A DNA stretch of 64,000 bases, from positions 97,305,064-97,369,063 of the forward strand of contig NC_092371.1 of the NCBI RefSeq assembly GCF_030028105.1. Direction: 5' to 3'. Within the stretch, counting starts at the first letter, position 1. Each line of letters starts with the position of its first letter. Below, piece after piece: positions 39,050 to 49,059 of this stretch. The notes under the pieces are model-generated. The model was not told where the DNA came from. It made no database searches and was given only the letters and a program-made list of their open reading frames with translations. The position numbers and the translations under genes were made by a program. The stretch comes from Mobula birostris. Taxonomy: Eukaryota.

Positions 39050-39850
39050 GGTGCTCTAGAAATCTCAGAGTCCAACACTGTCCGACTCTCCGCACAGGCC
39101 CGAAGAATTTATTACACTGAAGAGTGTTGGTCATCAGAGGGATCTTGATGTCCAAGTTAATTGTTGCCTGAAAGTGGCTATACAGTTTGGTTGGATGGTT
39201 AGGAAGGCATTTGGCATGATTGCCTTCATTATTAGAGGCAGTTAGTTCAAAAGTCAGGAAGTTATTTTGCAGCTTTATTAAACTCTCGTTAGACTGCATC
39301 TAGAGTATTGCAAACAGTTCTGTTGCCCCATTAAAGGAAGAAAGTCGCGGCTTGGAGAAGGTGCAGAAGAGGTTTATCAAGGAGCTGCCTAGATTGAAGG
39401 ACACGTAATATAACGAGAGGCTGCACAAAATCGTGTTGATTTCTCTGGAGTGGTGGAAGCTAAGGGAAGATCTGATCAAAGGTTGAGATTATAAGGGGTA
39501 TAGGTAGAGTAGACAGGCACTTTCTTACTCCAGGGTTGAAAAGTCTAACACCAGACAGCATGCATTTGAGGTGAGAGAGGGTAAGATCAAGGGAGAAATG
39601 AGGAACAAAAAATTTACACTGAGAGTGGTGGGTTTCTGAAATGCACTGCCTGCGGCGATGGTCCAGGCAAATACATTTGGGACTTTTAAGAGCCTTTTAG
39701 ATAGGAACACAAATGTGAAGAGAATGGAAAGCTGTGGACATTGCCTCGGCAGAAGGGGCTTGTTTATTTGGCCATTTGATATAATTGGTTTGGCACAACA
39801 TTTTGGTCTGAAGACCTTGTTCCCATTCTGTACTGTTCTATGTTCTATGT
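39050..39850 (+). mobile_element. CR1 3' fragment
   Basis: RT C-terminal remnant and tail ctgtactgttctatgttctatg. Confidence 0.7.
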
Positions 39851-40194
39851 TTGGAGTGAACAAGGAGGTGAAGGAAGTTAGAATTAGTTAAAAATGTTGA
39901 AAATGGTGGCTACACTGGATGTCAACCTTCAAAGCTCCACAGGCAGTACAGAGAGTTATTAAGTGGTAAAATCTTATTAGTAAACAATATGATTAGACAA
40001 GCCACACTAGCTTTAATTCTCCAATATGAAGTTTAAAAATAAATGTGCAAGGGGTTAGATATCTAATCTAATTTTGATGAGAACACAATATCACATGAAA
40101 ACTCTTTAGAATTTCCTGCTTAAAGGTGTGGTGGAGGTGCAGTTACTGAGCACATTCAAGCTGGTGATTAGCTGTTATTTTTATATATCAGGGA

Positions 40195-40975
40195 TATAGT
40201 CATAGTCATAGTCATACCTTATTGATCCTGGGGGAAATTGGTTTTCGTTACAGTTGCACCATAAATAATAAATAGTAATAGGACCATAATAGTTAAATAG
40301 TATTATGTAAATTATGCCAGTAAATTATGAAATAAGTCCAGGACCAGCCTATTGGCTCAGGGTGTCTGACCCTCCAAGGGAGGAGTTGTAAAGTTTGATG
40401 GCAACAGGCAGGAATGACTTCCTATGACACTCGGTGGAATGAGTCTCTGGCTGAATGTACTCCTGTGCCCACCCAGTAAATTATGTAGTGGATGGGAGAC
40501 ATTGATCAAGATGGCATGCAACTTAGACAGCATCCTCTTTTCAGACACCACTGGGAGAGAATCCAGTTCCATCCCCACAACATCACTGGCCTTACGGATG
40601 AGTTTGTTGATTCTGTTGGCGTCTGTTACCCTCAGCCTGCTGCCCTAGCACAACACAGCAAACATGATAGCACTGGCCACCACAGACTCGTAGAACATCC
40701 TCAGCATCATCCGGCAAATGTTAAAGGACCTCAGTCTCCTCAGCAAATAGAGACAGCTCTGACCCTTCTTGTAGACAGCCTCAGTGTTCTTTGACCAGTC
40801 CAGTTTATTGTCAATTCGTATTCCCAGGTATTTGTAATCCTCCACCATGTCCACACTGACCCCCTGGATGGAAACAGGGTTTACGGGTACCTCAGCTCTC
40901 CTCAGGTCTACCACCGGCTCCTCAGTCTTTTTCACATTAAGCTGCAAATAATTCTGCTCACACCATGTGACATAT
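40195..40975 (-). mobile_element. Rex1-like LINE 3' fragment
   Basis: LQLNVKKTEEPVVDLRR, YKYLGIRIDNKLDWS; (atagtc)n tail at about 40195-40215. Confidence 0.8.
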
Positions 40976-41127
40976 TAAGTGAATCAAGGGAAATGTGGTC
41001 CCTGCAGCAAATTGCAATGTGGTAAAGTATCAGCCATCAACTTATTGAATAACAGTGAGAAAATGGGGAGCTGAATGAGTGCTATTATTTCTCCTGTTCT
41101 TATTTTCTCAGCTGACCACACGACATA

Positions 41128-41533
41128 TGAGGGGTGGTTGATAAGTTTGTGGTCTAAAGTAGAAGGAGTCAATTTTTAGATAACCTAGCACATTTATTTT
41201 TCACCATAGTCCCCTCCTACATGTACACACTTAGTCCAGTGGTCGCGGAGCATACGGATCCCTTCTTTGTAGAAGTGGTCCATAGCAGGGGCGATTGATA
41301 AGTTAGTGGCCCTAAGGTAGAAGGAAATGAGTTCTACAGTTCTCGTTACATGCACATGCAGATCAACTCTTTGAGTGAAAATGCAGAAAGTTTGAAGTTA
41401 GTAACTCATCTCCTTCTACTTTAGTCCACGAACTTATGGGATCCGTATGGACTAAGTATAGGAAAAATAATTGTGCCAGGTTTTCCAAAATTGACTTTCT
41501 ACCTTAGGCAATGAACTTATCAATCACCCCTCA
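41128..41533. mobile_element. Mariner-type MITE with TA TSD
   Basis: TIRs tgaggggtggttgataagtt and aacttatcaatcacccctca, flanked by TA on both sides; a third TIR-like copy at about 41287-41330. Confidence 0.8.
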
Positions 41534-41807
41534 TATATTAAAAGAAAACAATATGTTTTGTTCAAGCGTTAAAATTTAATTCCAAAATGCAAAAAAAAAA
41601 ATACCTGTACACTTTCCGTTATTCTCTAGATGTACCTAATCTGATGCAGCCTCTCCGGGCCACACTTTGTTCTAAAAATGTACCAGTTTCTTCTAGGAAT
41701 AAGCAGTAATGATTGAAAATGAAGGTAATTTCAGGTTGGCACCCTATGCCCAATGTGATGTCGCAGGGATCAGTGCTGGCTCAGGGATTGATATTGTGCA
41801 TTTAGAG

Positions 41808-41886
41808 CAGGGCTTCCCAACCTGGGGTCCACAAATCCCTTGGTTAATGTTCGGGGCCCGTGATATAAAAAAGGCTGAGGACCGAG
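41808..41886. mobile_element. Tiny hAT-like MITE
   Basis: Starts CAGGGCTTCCCAACC; right end degenerate. Confidence 0.45.
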
Positions 41887-42407
41887 TCAGTCAACACAAA
41901 AGTAACTGTGAAACTAATTTGAGAGGATGCAAACAAGGTGTGGAAGGAGATTGATGTATTAAGTTGGTAGGCAAAAATGAGGCAATTGGAGTATAATGTG
42001 GACAAATATGAGTTGTTCTTTACCTGATGGAAAGATAGAATATCGAAATATTAACATTATTTAAATACACGAAAGTCTTAGGCTAAGAAAGGGATTTAGG
42101 TGTCTTGTTTAAGTGCAGCCATAATAGTGAAGGCTACTTAAAGTTGATTTAGGTTGGCCAAGGTCTGAAGTGCCGGGGTGAGACGATCCAATGTAAATGA
42201 AGAAGGCATTTGTTAGAATGAATAGATTTAGACCCACAATATTTGAAAAAATATCACGGAAAGTTTAAAAAGAGTGTAGGGGAAAGTGTCAGATGGATTT
42301 AAACGGACAGCTGGAATGAGAGGTGGGAATCAGTGAGTCAAAAAGAGCACAAAGACGGGGACCACAGTGAGTCCGGCGGAGGTGAACAACTAGATGCTGA
42401 TCTATAG

Positions 42408-42723
42408 GCGTTTCATACAGTTGGTGTCGAACATCGGAGTTTTACAGTATTTTTCAGTGTAGGGTTCTGCACAAGAAGCAACCCAGTTCTTGTACTAATG
42501 CTGGGAATTTGAAACTCTGGTCTCTTCTTCTACATATTTTATATGTACGTGTCCAAAGGGAGCCTTCCCATTGGGTGGAAATTACCAAGCTGCAAAACAT
42601 ATTCAGAAGCAAGTTAACATTAAATAATATCCAACAAGGAGACAGTGGCACATATTACCATGAATTGATGACTCTTCATCTGCCACCCGCTCATGGGTAA
42701 CGGAAGCTGATTGATGGTGACAG
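42408..42723 (+). pseudogene. Decayed IgSF V-type exon with J-like GxG end
   Basis: SKLTLNNIQQGDSGTYY(H), then after a +1 shift GNGS*LMVT followed by the phase-1 donor G|gtaaga; 5' boundary uncertain (ag at 42406-42407 or 42456-42457). Confidence 0.5.
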
Positions 42724-43348
42724 GTAAGATTTATGATTAAGTTCATACATGTGGAAATATACAGTTTTGGGGATTTTAGTGAAATTCGGCTTGCATTCAT
42801 GATTACATGTTTATCAGCATTGTAAAAAGTCAGTCGAAATTCGGACTTAGTTTATGATGCCAATAATAAAAAAAGTTTTATGATGCCACTGATCAACAAG
42901 ACCTCATTGGGATTTGGGGAGGAGGACTTTTGAGAAGGGATGTCAGCTGGATTGCTCGCCTTGATCATTACTGTAATGGTTGTTCAGGTGTGCCAGTTTG
43001 TAGGGAGGTGAAGGCAGGAGCTGGCTATGCCAAACAGCAAGGATCATAGAGAGTGTGAGGTACAGTGTCCTTCTGCAACATTAAAGCATGGGCAGCATTT
43101 CAAAATGAATTGCCATCCAGCAAAACTAAAGAGGCTCCTGAGGAGACAGAAGGGAACTGGACAAAATATACATGTGTTCCCCTTAAAACTGGTTTTAGAG
43201 AATCTAGGTAGAGAATCTAAAGATATTTGGCTTCATCTGCACTGTATGTAAGCATTTGAATTGGTGTGTGTGGTAGATCTAGGTTAAATTAGCCTCACTA
43301 ATTTGACCTAAATATTGATAACTAATCAGAAAAATTAGCAGGCAATGT

Positions 43349-43681
43349 CACTGTTTCCTCTAAGCTGCTTGGGGCGCGGCTGCACAATAACTAAAATGTT
43401 CCCACCCATGTAGCCTTTGTTCCTGTACAGCTGTTTTAAAGGCAGTCCAGAAAAAGTATATGAAATGTAAAAGATATTTTTGTTGTACTCTATTTCATTA
43501 TACCCTCCAATTAATGAATAAAATCAAATGCATGTGGTGTTTCTAGTTTTGTTCTAAATATCACAGTGTATATATTACAAAAAAAAACATTAGAAGTGCT
43601 CGGCACTTTTCAGACCGTGTAAAAATTTCCTGCTCAGAGCAATCGTTGGTGCATGCATCTGTAAAAAAAGAGGGATCATAG
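43349..43681. mobile_element. Degenerate MITE
   Basis: Ends cactgtttcctctaa and agagggatcatag are imperfect inverted repeats. Confidence 0.45.
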
Positions 43682-44128
43682 GTTAATTTCTACGGAAATA
43701 TATTATCAAGGTGCTATATATCACTATATTTTACATTGAAATTCATTTTCTTAGAGACAATTACAGGAAAATAGTGAAACACAGCAGAATTTGTGAGAAA
43801 AAAAAACTATAGGTAAAAACTGAGAAATACACGCGCACACACACAGGACAGGAAACTGGTGCGTGTGGCCACACCTCACATTTCTCGTCATTCGAATCAT
43901 TCACACACTACTTACAGGGAAGCGGGTACGGGTCGAATGACTTCCTCTTTACAGCAATGGATCAGGAAAGTATATACCGTAACCCCCGATTCCCACTGCT
44001 GGCGAACCGATATCCTTTGCATGGAGCCCTGAATGGAATGCGAGGAATCTGGCAGAGGACAAAAGGAATCATTTTCTGCAGAGGACTGGAAAATGGTCCT
44101 TCCCCCTCAACAGTCTCCCTTCTTCAAA

Positions 44129-44355
44129 GTTGCTGGTGAACGCAGCAGGCCAGGCAGCATCTCTAGGAAGTGGTACAGTTGACGTTTCGGGTCGAGACCA
44201 TTCGTCAGGACTAACTGAAGGAAGAGTTAGTCCTGACGAAGGGTCTCGGCCCGAAACCTCGACTGTACCTCTTCCTAGAGATGCTACCTGGCCTGCTGCG
44301 TTCACCAGCAACATTGATGTGTGTTGCTTGAATTTCCAGCATCTGCAGAATTCCT
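44129..44355. mobile_element. Penelope-type palindromic repeat with two inverted hammerhead motifs
   Basis: Arms 44129-44216 and 44225-44312 are near-perfect inverted repeats around an 8-nt loop gaaggaag; each arm carries CTGACGA..GAAAC. Confidence 0.8.
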
Positions 44356-45439
44356 CGTGTTTACGTCTACCTTCTTTGCTGTTTCGTACAGAACTTCGTC
44401 CACATTGCATTGATGGTGGGGATAGGAACCCCAGCTTAAAACAACACTGAAAACATTTCTTTACGGGATATGCGGGACCCCCCACTCGCCGTTTGTTTAT
44501 CTAAGTTCTGTCAATGGCTACGCGCAGCCTTTTCTACATTCTCTAAACCTTGCAATAATTGAATCGCTGTGCTGAGAAGATGGCCAACAGCTGGTACTAT
44601 AAAAGGCAGCACAACTCCTTTAATCAGAAAACTGCATCCGTAGCCACGTGTCCTGCCATTCCAGAAGTTAATTCAATATTTCCTGGTGAGCTACCGCTAT
44701 CGCAGTGTATTTCTATAATAAGAGCCCACGGGGATGAAATGTCTGTAGTTTACTCCCAGTTGCTGCTTAAAGAGGAACGCCACGCTGATGTTCCGACGCC
44801 CTCCTTCCAGCAACTGCAACTCACGATCACTGCTTTCCGACAAGTGATTCAGCACCGAAGCAAAATAAATGCTGGGAATCTGCAATGAAATCAGAAATCG
44901 TGGAAGTCGCGTAGCGCGTTAGCTAGATTGTGTTACAAACGGAGCTTGGTTGTTGTTTCCCTTGCCGTGCATCGTCATATCATTTTGCATTTTTTTAATT
45001 AGTTCGCTCTCAGCAAATCTCTGCGAACCATTTACTGTTCTCACCTCCTTTTGCTTGTAACACCTTTTATCTGAATTTTGGTTCTGGTGAAAGGTGATGA
45101 GCCTCGGTGTCTGTTTTGTTGCTCACTCTGAAACTACTGTTTGATTAAAGGAATATGCCCAATTTTTCAGATTTTACTGCAAACGCCGTAACATGACTGA
45201 ACAGGCATGGAGAATTTCCAGTCCACTGTGTGATTACGCCATTGAACGATCAATTGTTTCTGACACGAATGGCGCTCAGTCTTGAACCAAACATCTGTGA
45301 AACCTGAGAGGCGGAGACTAATCAATGCGGAAAGAGTTCGCTATTGACTACCGGCTGTCCCGTTTCAGGAAGGCATTCGTATTTTGTAGTTTCACGCTAA
45401 CTTGGAATCCGCGTCAAATAGCACAACGTTAATCCCCAT

Positions 45440-45577
45440 CAATATCAGGGCGACCCACCACCCAGGACATGCTCTCCTCTCGCTGCTGCTACCCAGAAGA
45501 AGATACAGGAGCCTCAGACTCATACCACCAGGTTCAGGGACAGTTACTACCCCTCAGCCATCAGACTCTTGAACCAA
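45440..45577 (+). mobile_element. Rex1-like 3' remnant
   Basis: DPPP..GHALLSLL..RRYRSLRL..RFRDSYYPSAIRLLN-like peptide. Confidence 0.6.
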
Positions 45578-48500
45578 ATGCTGAAATCTAAGTTTAAAAG
45601 AAAGCAGAAAATGGTCTGCGGTGGGGGGTGGGTGGCAATAAGTCTGACTATGCCTTCCGCAAGAGAAACGGTCAATGATTCGGTCCTGCGACCCTTCCTC
45701 AGAACTGTGAGGGAGTCCTTCTGTTCGCTAGTCCGAATTTTGCTCTGATTCCGCCGACCAAGTTTATAAACGGGGAATCGACATGGCAGCGTCCCACTAT
45801 CATGCTCTCCGCAATCACCAGACACGTATAAATCTACACTTACAAACTTATAATCAACATTAGCTTTATTTCCTGAAACCAATAGTACGATACAGAAATG
45901 TCCCGGCACTTCCTGGTTCAGATGAAGCCAGCCTGCAGTGGCCCCTCCTTCGCTTTGAAACTGTTGCAGTGCTCACCCCTGTTGATATTTTAGACCTATT
46001 CAAGTCTCCGCCACCCCTTTCTGACTCCTTCCTTTCCCGATACTGATACTCGACCTACACTTTCACATCAACACGGTGGTCACACACTGGCGCTCCGGGA
46101 AATGGTAATATTCGAGAGCAATCATTAAAGTTCAGATGCAGTCTCGATATTCGCGTGCAGACAGCGCTAACCGGATATTACAGACATTACATAGAGAACA
46201 ATACCTGTGACCTAACGCCTCCAATTAGCTTCTCGCTACACAGTCATAGCAAGACTTGTATGATACGCTGACAAAGCTAATTATTTATTTTCTTTATAGG
46301 CGGCACCAAGGCGCAGCAAGTAGGGACACTTCCTCCAAACCCCCGAGAAATGGGTTCAATCGCGACCGCTGAATCTGACTCTGGGGAGTTTGCGAGACGT
46401 TCCTGTGGGAACCTCTTGTTCCCGCACACAAAAGACGAGCGGCTTGTGATCTTTATATCCACTATAATTTTCCCCAAGGTAAAGGGCGGGGGGGGGGGGA
46501 GGTGGAAAGATAATAGGAATGCGAGGACAATAAAAATGGGATTGTGATAGGATTAGTGAAAATAGGTAGCTGCTGAGACAGAAACACTTCCTGCTAAACT
46601 ACTTATCTCTTTCCCTTCCACAATACTCTTTCCGCGTTCTACGTCTGTTCTGCAGGGAATAAAGCATTTTTCTGCTTATAAAACCTTTCAGCTGCTGGGT
46701 TATCGTCGGCGTTATTTTGATACAACTCAAAATTACTCTTCCACTCATTTCTTCCTTAAATATCCACCAGTTTAATTCTGTCTGAGATCATCGGTGTCTG
46801 TCCTAGATCTGCAGCATCTACTGAAAAGGCAGCGAATTGAATCTATTTGAAATTAATCCTAGCAGAGATTTATTTTCTGCCTGTTTAGTTTCACTCTTAA
46901 CGAAATACTACAATTAGACAAATACCGCGTTTTCTTTTGCGAACTATTTTAATCTTCTGGGTAAAAGTAACTCCGTGGTACACTGACAGCAGTATGTTAA
47001 TTCTTCCCTTATTCCGGGAATTATTCGGCTATGCATGCAAGAGGAACGTTTAAGAAAATCATGGGAAATTTACTTTTCCTCCTTTTTATATTTCAGGATG
47101 AGGCATTTGTGTTCCGTTTCCTATTGTATGTTTTAGGAACCCTGGATTGTCTTCTCTCACCTTTCCCGCTCATTAACAGCATCCTCTCATCTCACTAAAC
47201 TTCCTATTTACGGTCACCAGAACCATTGCCCAGAGTGACATCTTCCGTATTCAGATCTACCAATCCTTCCCCAAAATCCGATATGCCAACTCTACTGACC
47301 CGTCCCCAAATCTTCCCTTCCATTGCCAGCTGTTGTCATCCTTCCCTTGAATCCCCAGCCATCTTCCAACTTTCCAACCTGCCCCCCAAACATTCCCTAC
47401 TCAGGGAATGAATGTCCGCTGTCACCCTTATGTGCCTCAACCACCCGACAATTCCTTGTCCAGCCCCCAATCTTCCCACCTCCTCCTATTTAGCAGTTTT
47501 TCCCACTTTATTCCCAATTAGCGTCTTGATACATCGTATACTGGAGGTTTGTATTTCAAGTATGCTTTCCCTGTTTTAGCTCGGCATCGGTGATTTTATC
47601 GGATAAATAAAACTGGATGTTAGAAATGACACCGAACATATAACCGGAGATTTAAGTTCCCAAAGGTACAAATAGGAATTTATGTTTGCTGCTACCGCTG
47701 GACGGTCAGAGAGTCGGCGACTAGCCAGCGATCCCACCGCCGCGACTGTCTTCCGATCGGCTGGTGGCAGAGCTGCTCGTCCAATGTAAGCATCAGGTTA
47801 GCAATTAAATCTGATCGCTGGTAAGGGAAAGCCTGGAAAAGATAGAGTGCAATTTAAGGTTTAGGCGAAATGCTAAACGGGCAGAGAATGTAGTTTAAAA
47901 TGATGGGAGATTAATGCAGAGAATGTATCTCAAAATTTTCTTTGCAGCCTATCGGCAGAATAGTTGTTATCTCATTTACGAAAACCGATGCTATCTTTAC
48001 AAAGGTGTGAATATAACAAGTCTAGCAAAGCTGGTGAAATTTCAACAGCTCTGCTACAATACGTCTACTTATTGTAGTTCTCACGTAAGGTGTTGCTTTG
48101 TTGTTTCAACATCAAACGGATATTAGTCATAGCAAGACACAATAAAGACATAAAGGTCACAATAGCCCGGCTATATATAAACACTATCCTCTGACGGCGC
48201 ATGTTCTCGCCGCGGAGTGCAATATGTTCTGTCTACCTGCGAGCATGCTTTTAAAGTGGCTAAGATGTGTGAAATTTGCAAACGTAAATGAAGGTCATCA
48301 TAGCGTTGCATCGGCCAATTAGTTAACCACAGCTTTGCCTTAAATCTGTTTAATTCTGCTGTTAAACATTTGCTACTTCGAGCTCTTTGACAAAACAGTG
48401 GCAGCCGAATCATTAGTTTAGTTGAGTGTTTGGTGATTTTCCCATCTTTCATTATGTATATTATTAAGCACATCTGTAATTCTGGAGAGCAATTCCTAAC

Positions 48501-49059
48501 GCATTTTCTGCCACATCCAAACTCCTAAACCGCCATGAATACCGCTGTAAACCTCGCCTGCGTGTTTAGGCACTGCCATTAAGCAATAGCGCTGAAAGCT
48601 GATTTGGGTTGTTGAGGTGGTTGGGGTAAAGAGCACCTATGCTTTCTCACACTTTTCCCGCAAAATAAACTATCGGCTGCGAGAAGGAGTTATATCATTG
48701 CACAGCTTATAATTTGGCTTCATTTTACGCCTGGTTATATTTAACGCCGTTATCTTCTCTGACATATTGAAGTAGTGTTTCAATGTGCCATATCATCCGA
48801 CCCATACACCGGCAATTTATTGCTCCCTGAAAGAAAGTTGGCATATTGGCAACTTCTTTCCAATCACTGAGCCACTGATTTCCAGCGAGAGTCTTGAGAA
48901 GGGACAGAGGTGTCTTGCGCCCTTGGGCCCCGGGGGATTGGGACTAATTCATTGTTAGTATTTGCAAGATCCCTGCGATTTTTCAAAGAAACGCAAAATC
49001 TATATTCTTTCTTAAACCTAGCTAACAGCACTTTCATGTACACTATATTCACCTGCTTA

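Noticed and set aside
43562-43589. RSS-like CACAGTG-12 nt-AAAAAAACA (7/9 nonamer match)
   Set aside because: It lies inside a MITE, the nonamer match comes from an A-run, and no V, D or J coding segment is adjacent.
44590-44610. CAGCTG plus TATAAAAG promoter-like motif
   Set aside because: No convincing exon or coding signal downstream.
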